DNA of 64,000 bases, taken from contig NIVC01000221.1 of the NCBI GenBank assembly GCA_002269645.1, forward strand, positions 434,001 to 498,000. The letters are read 5' to 3'. This DNA is from Macrostomum lignano (Eukaryota). Made by a program: the position numbers and the translations under genes. The notes under the pieces were generated by a model. It saw only the letters and a program-made list of their open reading frames with translations. It had not been told where the DNA came from and did no database searches. How positions within the stretch are numbered: the first letter of the stretch is position 1; every line of letters starts with the position of its first letter. Below are positions 25,755-39,713 of the stretch, in pieces.

Positions 25755-26599
25755 TCACTCAGGCTGCAATTCGCACTGCATGCTGGGCCTTTTCGATACA
25801 TATCGGCCCGGACTCAAAGCCTGATTGCGTCTATTCTAATAGGCGAATGCGATTGCAATGTTAAATGTGCCATTTCTATCAATAATAATAATAATATCCT
25901 TTGCATACTACTGTCAGGTATTCAGGCTGCATTTGCGATCTGCTTCATTCTCAGTTGAATGCTCTGTCGAAATGTTTCAATTGTTTTAAATAAACTGAAG
26001 GTGCTCCGTTTGAGTCTTGAAAATCGACAAGGAAACAGCATTTGGTGGCGTTGGCTGCATTTTGTTAATTGAAACTGGTGAAATGCGGTGACAGCTTTGT
26101 ATGAATACGATTACCTGCAGTGAGTTTATAAAAGCTTATAAAATGCATGGCCTGACTGCATTTAGAACTCTGTGGCAGACCGGAAAAGCCGTGGATTTGC
26201 CGCACACAGGAATCTATTTTTAGCCGAGACCGACCGAGGGACTTTTTTGTTTGGTACAAAAAAAGCTCGAGACGCGGGCTCTCGAATTCTCGGCTTCCCT
26301 GCGAAATCTTCGTTTAGCTCTGGTTACGGGGGGAATTATTTCATTTTCATTCCTCATTAACCTTTTATTTTTTCCTATCGGTCTAGTAATGAGTTTGCCA
26401 CAATAATATAAAATATGAAGATCATATTGTCCTGAGGCAAATAAAGAATTATTTGGTTGCACATGCCTTACGTGATTGCTGCTGGAATATGATGTGTGCC
26501 AGTGTATCACAGCTGTCCTGTAGCAGCTCATGTGTTTATCACATTTTTCAAAACCAATAAGTTGCTTATTGAACTTTGTTTACCTGTGCCCAAGTAGAT

Positions 26600-27185
26600 T
26601 AATTGATTCGATTCGTTTGAGCCCTGGGGTTTTCAGGCGGTGGGAGTCGAGTTCACTGCTGCAGTATTATGGATTTTAACGCAACATCAACAGAATAAAT
26701 ATAAAATATAATATGAATAAAATATGTATGAATATAATATGTATGACAAGTCAATATTCAAAGCAAATCACTGACATCTCATCTCATTTCATCTGTACAA
26801 ATGTGTCAGTGTGAGTCACATTGATTTACACACTGAGATGCAGCTGCCATCGCTCAGCCGCCATCAGGTTGCGAAAAGCCGGTCTCGCAACCGGCCGGAA
26901 AAGCCGGAAATGCCGAAAAAGGCGGAAAAACTGTCTCTGAAAAGCCGGAGAAAGAATTTCAGCATGCAGTCAGGCCTCACTACGGCATTGTTTAAGCAAT
27001 CGCAGAAGCTCGATCACAACCCACCTGCGAATCTGCCAGAGACCCGGCATGAGCTCTGCGTCCCAGGCCGCAACGATGGGGCTGCACGTGACTGTCGGGC
27101 TGCTGCTGCCAAACATGCGATGCTCGTCCGCTGCTGGCACCGCTGGGGTTCCGGAGTCGGAAGGCATTGCTGATTTGAGTCAAGA
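26600..27185. repeat. Dispersed repeat A, full copy (its 5' flank from about 26485 is also shared with 22035-22470)
   Basis: atgtgtgccagtgtatcacagctgtcctgtagcagctcatgtg... is near-identical at 22035 and 26490; both halves of A are contiguous here. Confidence 0.8.
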
Positions 27186-27549
27186 GAAAATCTCCAGATC
27201 TCCAGAAAATCTCCAGAAAATCTAATAAGATATGATGACACAGATATCCCGAACTGGAGCAGCTGAGACCCGCACTGGAGCAGCAGGGTCTTTTATTTAT
27301 ACATATTTCTGGATGGAGTGCTTATGTAGCCTTTTTATCACAGTCAGGCACATTCAGTCATTATATTGTCTTCTTGTCTTCAGCCACGGCGCAGCGGTTG
27401 GCCAGGCCGCAACTTTTCTAGCGGTGCTAAAAATAGAAAACTCTTTTTTTACCAGCTATTTCAAATCTTTTACATTGTACTGCTTGCAGTAATTCACTTA
27501 TTCTGAAATAATATAATATAATAAAATATCTAATATATCTAATTCTGAG

Positions 27550-27740
27550 TCCGGTGTTGTCCGGTGAAAAATCGGACAGGTGCTGTAATCAGGAATCAAA
27601 TAACCAATTACAGAAGCAGAACAAACGGCACTTTTCAACATTAGTCGCCACTCTTCTCAATGCAGCGCTGCCATCTCAACTGCCGCTTGTTGAAGGCCTC
27701 AGCTTACAGGTTTGCGGCCATGGAGTTGGTGACCCCAACG
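27550..27740 (-). mobile_element. Mariner 3'-end remnant
   Basis: Minus strand GVTNSMAANL*AEAFNKRQLRWQRCIEKSGD* matches the C-terminus of the element at 29.2-30.6 kb. Confidence 0.75.
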
Positions 27741-27939
27741 CGATGCGTACTTTCGTAAACAACAGCAACAACAACACACACACAGTGTTGCAGCGTTACT
27801 CACAATTACCCCAGCCAATGCTGGAAATCGTGAATCGTTTCCAGCTGGGTGAAGTGAAGCAATGGTGTTGCTATAGGACAAAAAGAGATAAGCTTGTATT
27901 ACAGCTGTGTATCAGGAATAATTTCAGGACAAACGATTT

Positions 27940-28370
27940 TAAATCAGCCATGCCGTCAGACTCCAAGTCCGCAGCAATACCATCGAGAAGCTCAGCACCA
28001 GCTCGACAGTTACGTGCAGCCACTGGGACAAAGGTCAACTTTGACATGCCGGTCGCTGGCCGGTTGGCAGGTGGGTTGTGAGCTTCTGTGATTGCTTAAA
28101 ATTACCGAAGTGAGGCCTGCATGCTGCCTGCATGTTCTTTCTCCGGCTTTTCAGAGAGAAGCGGCTGAGCGATGGCTCCTGCATCTCAATGTGTGAATCA
28201 GTGTTACTCAACAAATATTGTGCTTACATTTACACAATCACTTCAATTCATTTTTTAATTCTGTTAATGTCGCGTTAAAATCCAAAATACACATATCGAT
28301 GATGACGCTTCTGCACGTGGGAATTCGATATGCGTCTTAAAACACCACCGTTCCAATGAATCGAATCAAA
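27940..28370. repeat. Dispersed repeat A, inverted and diverged copy
   Basis: ggcttttcagagagaagcggctgagcgatgg...ctcaatgtgtgaatcagtgttactca is the reverse complement of about 230-300. Confidence 0.8.
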
Positions 28371-28439
28371 AATTTTGGGAAAATTAAACAGAAGTTCAGA
28401 GCAGAGAAGTTCTTGGTTTTGATCTCTTTGATCTCTTCC

Positions 28440-28630
28440 AGGGCTGTAATTTAGTGATTAGAGCATCGGAGTCACGACTTGAAGGTTGGGTGTTCGATTT
28501 CTTATCCCTTGGAACAATATGTGTCCTTGAGCGAGACACTGTAAATTCAGCATTCCTTCACTTCATCCAGCTGTAGCCAGCTAAATGGGTGCCAGCATTA
28601 GCTTGAAGGTGTGTGTGGCGACCCGAAAGC
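28440..28630 (+). mobile_element. tRNA-headed SINE family 2 (CORE/MIR-like body), degenerate copy
   Basis: A/B-box-like head gggctgtaatttagtgattagagc...gttcgattt, followed by tgtgtccttgagcgagacac. Better copies at 45066 and 61315. Confidence 0.65.
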
Positions 28631-29180
28631 AACATCGCTGCTCACGATGTCTGGAGAGGCGATTGAACTGCTGGCAGGGTGGCTGCTTGGCTGGGTTGAG
28701 GTGCTGCGCGTGAGCTATTTAGGCCTTCGTCTGCAAGTTTGTTTCGTGCCAGCACTGTCTTGCCTGTCTCCTTTCCCCGCAGTGAAATCTGCAGCACTTT
28801 TTCTGCAGAAGCAGCCAATTGTGGATGCCCGCCGTTGCAACCGCAGCGACCCCCGCCTCCTCCACGTGCCAATGAAGTGGATGCCCAATTGGCCCAAGCC
28901 TTTGCCAAGCCTATCTGGAAATGGAAAAGTCTACCCCTCTAAACGGGTTCTCGTTGACTATAAAATGCACTGCTTTGAATAGTATTCTGTACCTGAGGGT
29001 TTGGAAGTCTTTCTGTCAAGTAAGCCAAAGATTGCAGGAAACGTGCAAGATCAAGTTTTGTGTGAGACATCAAAGAATTTAGCAAAACGTTTTTTCAGCT
29101 AACTGAGCGTATCAGAAGAAGAAGAAGAAAGACAAGAATAAAAAATGGACAGCTGCTGTAACTAAGGTATCACTTTTCAA

Positions 29181-30578
29181 CTAGTTGCCATCATTCTCAA
29201 TGCAGCGTTGCCATCTCAACTGCCACTTGTTGAAGGCCTCAGCGTACAGGTTTGCGGTGGGGGCCGTAGCCCAGCGGTAGCGCAGCTGCTCTGGTGTGCC
29301 AGCGACCCAGGCTCGATTCCAAGTGCAGTCACATTAATTTGGGGCTGAATTGGAATCTCGGCTTGGCTCTGCTCGTGCAACAAACGGCCTTGAGAGCCAA
29401 CCCCCCAAGGCGCAGTGAAGTGTACATGCCTAACGATAATTTAAAGTTAGGGCCGCTGTACACCCCTGTGTGTGAGTGTGTGCCTGCGTACGTATCCGCG
29501 CGCTTGTATGCCTGCTCAGGGGAGTCGGCGGAATGGGCAGTAATGCCTCTCGCCGGTTGTGTGCCTATGTCGCTTAAAGTGCGCCAGGGTGCACACAACC
29601 CCCTGCCTCTAATAAAAAAACAGGTTTGCGGCCATGGAGGCGGTGACCCCCTCCCATGCATTCCTCACCTCCTGAAAGGTGTCAAACCTGCGTCCAGCAA
29701 AGTTGTTTCTGATATGCGGGAACAACCAGAAGTCCGCAGGTGCCAAATCAGGCGAATTTGGCGGGTGCGGAACCACCCGGATGCCTCTACTGGCCAGGAA
29801 TTCCCTGGTGTGGCCCGACGCGTGAGGGGGCATTGTCATGATGGAGGAACCACCCAGCCTGCACCAGGTTGGGCCTCTTTTGTCGAATTTGCTCAATCAA
29901 GGTGTCCAGCACGGAGCAGTAGTAGACACTGTTGACAGTCTGGGCTTGCGGGACGTGATGGGCGTGCACCAAGCCGTGCGAGTCGAAAAACACAACAGTC
30001 ATTGTTTTTCTGGTGCTCAGAGATACCTGGGACTTTGTTAGTGCCTTGGCATCCCGTTCGGCCCTCTGCCTGGACTGGTTCTCGGTCTCTGGTGTCACGT
30101 AGTGCAGCCAGGTTTCATCAGCCGTGATGATTCGCCGGAGGAAGCCAGGCTCCTGCCTCATCATCTGGAGGAACTCCTGAGCACAGCGGACCCGCTCCGC
30201 CCGGTTCTCAGCAGTGAGCAGGTGAGGGACCCACCTGGCAGACACATGCTTGAGATGGAGATCTTGCACTAGAATGTCATGGACAGTGGTCTTAGGGATC
30301 CCTGATTCATCTGCCAGCTCCCTGACGGTAAGGCGCCTGTCCTGCTGGATCAGCGCGGCCACAGTCTGGATGTTCGCGGAAGTCCGTACGGTTGGCTCCC
30401 GGTTCTTGCCGCGATCATCAGAGCCATAGTGACCAGATCGCAGTTGGCCGAAAATATGGTAAACTTGACTCCGCGACATGGCTTCGTGCTGGTGGATGTC
30501 CTGCAGGTGCCGCATGCATTCTGCTGCAGACTTGCCAGCCTTGAAGAAGTCAACAACGATGTCTCGCTGGTTCGGCAT
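29181..30578 (-). mobile_element. Mariner (Tc1/mariner, DD34D-type) transposase, frameshifted and interrupted by a SINE
   Basis: WVPHLL, ITADETW, HDNAP and NSPDLAPADFWLF motifs. Frameshift at HDNAP (about 29825). The C-terminal AANLYAEAFNKWQLRWQRCIENDGN* resumes beyond the SINE at 29181-29257. Confidence 0.93.
29258..29619 (+). mobile_element. tRNA-derived SINE family 1 (about 360 bp), full length with target-site duplication
   Basis: A box TAGCCCAGCGG, B box-like GGCTCGATTCC, tail ctctaataaaaaaa. TSD acaggtttgcgg at 29246-29257 and 29620-29631. Confidence 0.92.
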
Positions 30579-30807
30579 TCTCTTGGCTATCGAAAATTTC
30601 GTAGCCCTGGCTTAACGCAGGTTGAATGAGAATTTTTCACTGCACGGCTTTCATTCAAGCTACAAAGCTGAAGCCTGTGCCATGAACTGATTGCAAGTTC
30701 CTTGAAGCGTTGACAACAAAGAATAGAAAATTAATTGCCTAATAGACATTACTCTGAGTTTAAGTATTCTAAAGGAATACTTCTAAAGCAATTCGTGAAA
30801 TTTTCCC

Positions 30808-31708
30808 CCCAGCACTCCAGTTTCTCATGAACTCCCCAACACGTCTGTTTCTCATGAACTCCCCAGCACTCCAGTTTCTCATGAATTCACCCAGCACTCC
30901 AGCTTTTCATGAATTCACCCAGCACTCCAGTTTCTCATGAATTCCCCAGAACTCCAGTTTCTCATGAATTCACCCAGCACTCCAGTTTCTCATGAATTCC
31001 CCAGCACTCCAGTTTCTCATGAATTCACCCAGCACTCCAGTTTCTCATGAATTCACCCAGCACTCCAGTTTCTCATGAATTCACCCAGCACTCCAGTTTC
31101 TCATGAACTCCCCAACACGTCAGTTTCTCATGAATTCACCCAGCACTCCAGTTTCTCATGAATTCACCCAGCACTCCAGTTTCTCATGAACTCCCCAACA
31201 CGTCAGTTTCTCATGAATTCACCCAGCACTCCAGTTTCTCATGAATTCACCCAGCACTCCAGTTTCTCATGAATTCACCCAGCACTCCAGTTTCTCATGA
31301 ATTCACCCAGCACTCCAGTTTCTCATGAACTCCCCAACACGTCAGTTTCTCATGAATTCACCCAGCACTCCAGTTTCTCATGAATTCACCCAGCACTCCA
31401 GCTTTTCATGAATTCACCCAGCACTCCAGTTTCTCATGAATTCACCCAGCACTCCAGCTTTTCATGAATTCACCCAGCACTCCAGTTTCTCATGAATTCA
31501 CCCAGCACTCCAGCTTTTCATGAATTCACCCAGCACTCCAGTTTCTCATGAATTCACCCAGCACTCCAGTTTCTCATGAACTCCCCAGCACTCCAGCTTC
31601 TCATGAATTCACCCAGCACTCCAGTTTCTCATGAACTCCCCAGCACTCCAGCTTCTCATGAATTACCCAGCACTCTAGTTTCTCATGAATTCCCCATTTC
31701 TCATGAAG
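30808..31708 (-). repeat. 28-bp minisatellite CCAGCACTCCAGTTTCTCATGAATTCAC
   Basis: About 32 units. The reverse complement contains GAATTCATGAGAAACTGG, the core of the 20-bp array. Confidence 0.95.
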
Positions 31709-34223
31709 TTGTCCTAAGTGTACATTGTGTTTCTTTGCACAGACTATTTTTAAATCGATTGAAGAATATCGTAGCTTTCTCAAGGTCATTTTGTTTTAGA
31801 TTTTTTTAATTTGACCGCATCAAACAGCTTGAGCTTCTAAATGTGCTTCTGAAAGGTTAAAAGACTCCTGCCGAGCATGCAATTCAGTGTGCCGCAGTTG
31901 CAGAGGCTTGAAACGGACCTGTCAACCCTCAACAGTTTCGCTCAGCTTCAGAACTCAGCGCCTCTGAAAACTCGATTAACATGTACAGCAGAATCCCACT
32001 TGACAGGCAAAGTACACTGTTGGGGTGAATCTCTTTCTTGGCGACTAGAAATGTATGACTAAATGCTCGCATTCTCTACTGTCAGTAAACACGGCTGATT
32101 ACTGAATTAGCTGATGCAGGCTCTCTTCAAAGTTTTTTGACAGTAAAACTCAGTAAAGCAGCTTACTAAAAAGTAAATAAAAATCGAATTCATCTAGCCT
32201 CTCTAAGATGCTTCATCGTCTAGATCTATCCGATTGAGTACATTTAGAGTGAGTAACAAGTTACGATCAATATAAACAGCAATGCATAAGAATTTCTGCT
32301 TTTGCTTATTTGGTCAAGCGAACAAGGTTCACCCACTGTAAAAGGCGAACTGGCTCGCCAAAAGCGGCTCTCTGTGAATCGGGTATCCGACTGGAGGAGA
32401 CTCTGAACTGACCCGTTAACCATGTCTTTTAGCTGTCAGTCTTGAAGTCATAGCCGATACTGCTGGGACTTCGGCAGGGGGTTTCATGCAGCCCTTGAGT
32501 ATCAGCATCCAGATTTCATAGTGATCAGTAAATGAAGCAATTCAAGATTTAGCTTCAAACTTGGCTTTTTTACTTTATAAACTCTCAAAGGAACTCTCAA
32601 AGTGTCACTCTTAAGTGTCGTCACTCCCAACCCTAAGGGCCTGATTTCGAGCCCCTTATCAGTGACTCTTCGTATTACTCAGAACTCGGGACTCAGAGTT
32701 TCACAACTTTCAGCGGCACTCCAACTTTCATCACACATGAACTGCCGCTATGACGCTCAGCTCCATGGAAAATGTCAGCCCAGTCCCCACCGACCCCCAT
32801 TCTGCAGAATTCTGCAGGATGTGTCAGTGATACAATAGTGACACAGGAGTAGTGTCCTGTAACAGTTTATTAAATTATTATTTAAATCAAGAAGCTGCTC
32901 AGAACTTTTGTTTAATTTTGCTGTGGGGTTTTCAGACGCATGCCGAAGTCCCAGCATCTGCAGTGCCTCATCATCGATATGAGTGTATTTTGGCTTTTAA
33001 CGCGACAGTCAACAGAATAAATAACTGAAGTTAAGTGATTCGTATAAATTTAAGCTCAATATTTAGCACCTCATCTAATACAAGCAAAGTTTTATGTTGA
33101 GCGTGAGTAACACTGATTCACACATTGAGACGCAGCTGCCATCGCTCAGCCGCTTCTCTCTAAAAAGCCGGAGAACTTCAGCATGCAGTCAGGGCTGTCA
33201 GCCCTCACTTCAGTTTTTTTAGCAATCAACAGAAGCTCTCGACCCACCTGCGAATCTGCCAGAGACCGGCATGAGCTCTGCCAGAGACCGGCCGCAACGA
33301 GGATCGGGCTGTACGTGGCTGTTGAGCTGCTCGCTGACGTCTGGACACTGAGTCAGAAGGCATGGCTGAATTGAGTCTTCTGTCTTAGTCTGTCTTTCAT
33401 TTACAGTGTTGCATTTAGTAGTGCTTATCAAAGCAGCACACACACATACAGAAGGAGAGGATCCATTCCTACAAAATTAGGACTGCGGAGTTCCCGAGTT
33501 CTCGTTTAATTTGAGCGGGTGTTTTCCGCTATGTCCGGATCTAAAGGTGGGTTAAAAATAGATTTTTCTCTCGGTATTCCAGTCCTTATTCAACTGCCCT
33601 GCCCAAACCTCGCAAGAGAATGTGACTGTACTTGGGTAAGTGTACAAAGAATTCGATATCTAAGTCTCTGCAAAGCCCGAAAAGCCCAACCCCCGACACC
33701 TGAGGGGCGCATTGTCATGATAGAGCGAAACCAAGTCGAAAAACACAAAAACACAACGCTTTTCTGGTATTCGGAGGAACCCAGGCCTTTGTTGGCATTC
33801 CGTTCTAATAGAGTTTAATAAAATTAGATTAGTAACGAATAACTGAATATGCTTTGTGAAGATCAATTTAAATTGGTCGTGAAGCTGCTGATGGTCTCTC
33901 GTTTTATAAAAGAAAATTTATTCAACATGACAGCGCAGCACAGGCTGGTTGGGTGCAGAGAAACAAAAGCGTTAGAAGACTCACTTTTGACTGGCTCACA
34001 GCTTTCTTAGCAACGGCATGGCAACCTGAAAAATTCAGCTAAGCTACGCGCAGTTTGGTTATACTGAGTGGGAATTGGCAAATAGCAAAAGACAATTTTT
34101 AAGACGGCAATTCTGTCTTTGCAAAGCAAAGATAAAAGCTGCACAATGGAGTCTTTTCCGGGCTCAGTCTCCGACTCTCTCTCTCTAAAATCCACGCTTC
34201 CACTCTGAACAAGCCAGACAGAA

Positions 34224-34960
34224 ATGTTTTCACAAAGCTTTGCTGTCAGCTACTTGCTGATGTGGGTGGTGTTCGGAAGCTGCTTGACTTCGGTGCCGCC
34301 TCATCCGACGGCATTCCGCTACATCGGTTGCTTTGTGGATAAAAGGGACCCGACATGACAGGTCTCGTTGGAGTCGCTACATTCGGTCCGTATTCAACAT
34401 ATCCCGGATGGCCATCGCTCGTACGAAACACTTCAATGACGCTGCAGCTGTGCAGCCAGATCTGCGCTTCAGTACTTCGGTGCGAGGTACGGTGAATACT
34501 GCTGCTGTGGCAACAGCTACGGCTCTTTCGGTCCAGCCCCGGCTAGCGACTGCTCGTATAGATGCCAAGGAAACTTTACTCAAGTGTGTGGCGCAGACAT
34601 GAGGAACTCATGAAACGAAAATGTCTACAAAAATGTCTACTCAAAAGGTAGGCACATCCTGTTCTGACATTTTCTTAACCCTGGTTCAAAGCGATTCAAT
34701 CACAAACTTTGCAGTCGGCCGGGCGATGACCAAGCTGGCGGTTTCTGCCATGCCGAGCATCTCAGCTTCACTGAGCTCCATCACCCACAGCAGCGTCTCT
34801 GCCAACAGCGCCATCCAGTGCGCTGCCGCCTGCCAGCGAAGCCCGGACTGTCAGGGCTGCGCCTTCGTGCCTTCGAGCCGCATGTGCCGCCTGTTAAGAT
34901 TCACCGCTGTGCCCACTGAGGTGGCCAGCGAGGCTGAGTGGTTCTGGATGAAGCACTTAA
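34224..34960 (+). pseudogene. WSC-PAN family unit 3 (pseudogene)
   Basis: A 1-bp deletion near 34350 gives TGA at 34356. There is an 11-bp deletion near 34468 and a TGA at 34611. The intron 34648-34714 (gtaggc...tttgcag, phase 1) is retained. The PAN exon is recognisable but its stop is lost (WMKHLSL...). Confidence 0.88.
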
Positions 34961-36419
34961 GTTTGATGGTGGTAATGCAAACTGTCTTGCAGAGTACTCT
35001 ATATCGCTTGAGTTGGATTGAAAAAAAACATTCTTTTATGAATAAAATAAATCAAAAGTTTGCAACATCAAACACGTTTTGTTAGATGAGCTTTTTGAGT
35101 TATTCGTAGATTCAATGATTAGTTAAAGAAGTTGGTCAAAAATGGAGAGTTGATTTGGTTTCTCATTCCTGAGCTTTAATTCAATCAATTTCACTAATAT
35201 AGGCGTTGTGTGACGAAAAACTGCAGTGTTAGGCATGGATAGAGCTAGCAGGCAGATAGACAGACAGAGAGACAGCCCTTGGGCCCTATTTAACATCTTT
35301 TCTAAGATAAAAAAGGTAATATTTGCAGGAGGCCTGTGGGCACACTGGAACAACGCCTTTGGCGATATCGCACTTCGGCGACATTACTGACGACAACTCT
35401 GTCTGATTCTTGAGCACATAAATGCATGTTTAATCGCTGTGCCTTGGGGGCTGGCCGAAAGCTGGCCGAAAGCTGGCCGAAAGCTGGCAAAACTTCCTAC
35501 CAAAAATTGTCTCATGTCACGCATGACTTCATCTTCGAGTCGGTTCAACCCTTCAGAAGCTCTCTCCTAGTCCTTGCAGAGAAAAACAACTGTTCATGGA
35601 AAGAATTGTCGAAATTGCTGAATAGTTGCGCCTCCATTTGAGTCTCGTTAATTATTTAACAGCCTGACTTCATTATTTCAACTGCAAAAGTGTTCTTTTA
35701 GCATTCGTTGTCGAAATACAAGGAGCTAGTCAAATAATAGAAGACAAAAGCGAAATTTTTGTTTCTGTAAGAGAGGCTGAAGCAAGAAGGTACGAGTAGG
35801 CTCACTTACAATTGACTGACAAGCGCTTGCATTCGTTAGCAGTGCACACAGTTTTAAAGTTTTGGTTTCAACTAACCTCACGAAGCTGGCTGCATCGTCT
35901 GTGCGTCGCGTGAGCTATCAGCTACTGAAAGTAGAACTGCAGCAATTTAAATCACAGCATGGAAGTCTCTCACGTAATGTACCTACAAGGACAAATTAAG
36001 TAGAAGGAGGCAACACTCGAAATCTATGGTAAATATTTTGAAGGCAACTTTTCGCCGAAAAATACACTGCAGAGATAGAAGGTTTTCATTTTTTTCAGCA
36101 CAAAATTGTTATTGCTTTTGATAGGAGGCAGATCGAGTGTTTATATTTTGTTAAATTTAATTTCAATTGTGTATTCAACTTAATACAGGTATATTTATTC
36201 AACTGTTTATTAAAAATTTCAATTTCATTACTGCCCTGACGATAACCTACAGGGATAGAAATGCATTGGCAATTAAATTAAAGTAAATAAAAACAAGTTA
36301 ATGTTTGTTTCTTCATTCATTTTATTCCTATTTATTAAGCAAGCTACTCTTCCAGAATTCGACATACAATCTTAAGACGCACAATGTTTATCTAAAAACA
36401 ATGCATTAAAATAACAGAT

Positions 36420-36960
36420 TACTCCAGCCTCAATTGGGCCAGACGTGCAAACGACAGCTCAGCCGAAGCTTTTGTGCGGCTCATCTGGAGATGAAGATGA
36501 AGACGGTCCACCAGTCCGTCCTGTAGCGTGATCTTCCGTAAAGAAAGTAACTCAGCTCTCCCAGAGAAACTGGATGAGTCTTGGGATGCTGTCGGGCTGG
36601 CGGACCTTGATAATGGAGAGTTCAGCCTGAGGTAGCGTAGCCGGTCCCTGATAATGAAAACGGCATTTGACAGACAAAGTGCTGAACCTATTCGGTGTCC
36701 GTAGGTCCTATTATACGAGCGTATGGCCCTATGGGGCAGGAAACGAATGCCGGCGTCAATTAGACGGCGGGAAATCTTGGAAGCTTTCCTGTGGACAAAG
36801 ATCGTTTCCAGCAGGGGAATGTTGAGGAAGGCGTTGAGACCATCATAAGGAGCAGACGGGGGGCCGCTAATGATCATGCGGCATGCGCGCCCTTCGTTCT
36901 CCTGAGAGTCTCTAGACAGGTCTTATCTGCAGGGCGCTAGCTCAGATCCACCATTATCCT
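36420..36960 (-). mobile_element. Non-LTR retrotransposon 3' fragment, longer copy of 1524-1900
   Basis: RACRMIISGPPSAPYDGLNAFLNIPLLET; extends about 150 bp beyond copy 1. Confidence 0.45.
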
Positions 36961-38007
36961 AAATAATTTAAAGTAATTCTTCAATAATTGTCATTACATA
37001 TGTACACATTTACATAACAACTGCAATATTTTTCAGTTGTTAAATAAGTCGCTGAAAAATATGTGCTTTTACATTGTATCGAGGGATGACGACGTTATAC
37101 AACGGCTAAATGTCTGTGTAACATAAAATTTTGTCCTCACTGCTAATTTGATGGTATGACAATTCTAGTTGCGTGATTGCACTATGGTTTCTAAATCATT
37201 CTTTGTCGCTTTGTACATCTTTCATGTGAAACAATACTTAATTGTTAGTATTGTGAATGATATCATCGTGTGCAGTATCGTAACACCATTTTAAATCTCA
37301 TTTAAGCAATGTTTGACCGCCTAGTCACTAGCAGTAATGTCACGGGGACTACTAAATACTGAGTAATTCTTGGGTAATGTAAACCGGCTTAATAAAAAGG
37401 TACTTTTTCGCACCCGCCCCCAGCCCACTGGTAATTTTGAAGTCTGAGTCAATGCGCACATGCTAACGAGGGACCCGAAATTTCAAGGTTATGTTGATAT
37501 GGACAGATGTTTTTGTTTTGTATAGCTTTGTTTTGTAATAAACAATCGGATCGCATTTGCGCTTAAACTACTCTTTGTGTGAAGGTAGGGAATAGTAGTA
37601 TATATGTCCCAAAAAGAAACTTACGATTAAGCTAAAATTGAGCTAAACCAAATTCTACTAGATTGCGGTCGAAAAAGTTAATTCCAGTGTCAGTCCGATG
37701 TATTCCGTCTTAACAAACCATCGAGAGAGGATGTGTTCAGAATGTTTCCAATATTTCTTGACTTGATTTTCTAATAAAAAAACAAGCAACAATCGTTTAT
37801 TATATCTAAATATACTAAATCTTCCATATACTATTATAAAACTATTCTGTCGGTATCTAGGTATGCGATCGATTTTAGCAAAAACGGCTCAACCGATTTT
37901 GTTCGAACTTGCACTGTTCGATCAGAAATTTTTCCGTGACGGTACATGCAACGTGGCTAAGAAATTGCTCGATGCTATTTTAATCTAATAAAACAAGTAC
38001 TTTAGAT

Positions 38008-38616
38008 GCAGAAAGGCCGTATGCAGAAAGCTTAGTCCAGACTAGCTAGTATAGCTTTTGTCATGCTATCTCAGCCTAGGGACATCCAAACTCAGCCAGC
38101 CCCATTCCGCAATGCGTTTTTTGGCTCGAGCTAGTCGAGTTTTACCATAGACATGCTTCTTAAGGCCATGCTATCTCAGCCTGGGACATGCAATCTCAGC
38201 CAATATAGATTTCAATTGCAAACAGATCTCAATGCTATCATTTCTGTAACGTGACATGAAATGGCAACAAACAGCAGTGAATGAACGCAGCAAGAAAAGT
38301 CAGTAAGAATCTGAAAAGTGGCTGAGATTGCATGTCCCAGGCTGAGATAGCATGGCCTTAAGAAGCATGTCTATGGTAAAACTTGACTGGCTTACGTAAA
38401 AAATCGCTCTGTTGAGATGGGCTGGCTGAGTTTGGATGTCTCTAGGCTGAGATAGCATGACAAATACTATAGTCTGGACTTGGATTTGGTATGCAGAAAG
38501 ACAAAGTTAGACCCGTCTACTATAGACAGAACTAGGGTAGCTAGACCATAGACTATAGACTGAACTACCCAAGTCCGGAGTAAGCTAGTCTGGACTAAGC
38601 TTTCTGCATACGGCCC
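38008..38616. mobile_element. Foldback MITE (609 bp), absent from the paralogous site near 3077
   Basis: Perfect 33-bp TIR ggccgtatgcagaaagcttagtccagactagct (38015) and its inverse (38583-38615). Internal arms at about 38140-38200 and 38320-38385 are also inverted. The empty site reads tactttagat|tttatc. Confidence 0.9.
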
Positions 38617-39568
38617 TTTATCTGCTTAACTAGCTGCTGGCTACTTAGCACTTTAGTTCTGCATCAGATCCCTTTATTAATCAGGCGTTGAGCATTCTGT
38701 GGATTTTCTGTGCTACCAAGAACACACACATTCTTCACCGGCCAAGATTTCTAGGAAAATCAAGTGTAGCTTTCATGGACTTCAGCTGTCCATGGAAGTA
38801 AAAGCGCCCAGTTGCCAAAGCAGCTCCAAGGTTTTCCTCTATTTTTAACTCTAAAAAAGAGAAGTTTTTTAGTTTTTCTTCTTTTAACATCGCTTCTTCA
38901 TCGATTTTAAAAGCAAACAACGGCTTGCATCTGCGGATGCATTTCTTCTTTGTTTCTCGAATTTCTGCAGCTAACTTTTTCTGCACAAGTCTGACTAAAA
39001 GACTCATTCACAGGTGCTGAACGCTGCATCAGTTACCAACCGGAAAAGCTCCTGCAGACAATGCATTGGGTTTGCTTTCTCATGACAGAGTCAGAATCGC
39101 ACAAGCAAACTTGGGATGGACAGATAGACAGCACCTGAATAGAAGGCTTCCTTCAACTTTTCTGTTTTTTAAAGGGAACTCACAGCTTATGCATCCCACA
39201 TTCTTCTACATCCAGAGATAGGTAATATTTATGTATCCAATTGTGCAAGCCTATTTGCTATAAATACATGCATATCTGCAAAATATAAGAATTAAGAGTG
39301 AATCAGCCTAAATTGTTATCGATAGCCAGAAAGCATTAAAAAATATTTGTATTTTTTGTTTTTCTATAGCTACTCAGATATTAGATTTTTTCTCACAACT
39401 AAAAAAACATTGCAGGGTTAACATGAAACTTCATTTAGGACAGAGAAGGGGAACTCGATTTCAGGGTCAGCAGCAATGTTCTTGGGGGGTTCAATGTATC
39501 GATTTTAATAACGCTTATTGTAAATTGCCTCCGTATTCAGCACTTCAGTCTCTTGCGCCTTCACCCAG

Positions 39569-39713
39569 CTCAGCCTCAAAGCTTCATCCAGACCTACTCA
39601 GCCTCACAGCTTCATCCAGACCCACTCAGCCTCACAGCTTCATCCAGACCCACTCAGCCTCACAGCTTCATCCAGACCCACTCAGCCTCAAAGCTTCATC
39701 CAGACCCACTCAG
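39569..39713 (-). repeat. 28-bp stop-codon minisatellite of unit 4 (5 copies)
   Basis: Units start at 39569, 39597, 39625, 39653 and 39681. Confidence 0.95.

Noticed and set aside
35448-35492. ggccgaaag repeats resembling a hammerhead stem II
   Set aside because: No CUGAUGA core upstream; it is a 12-bp tandem repeat of about 3.5 copies.
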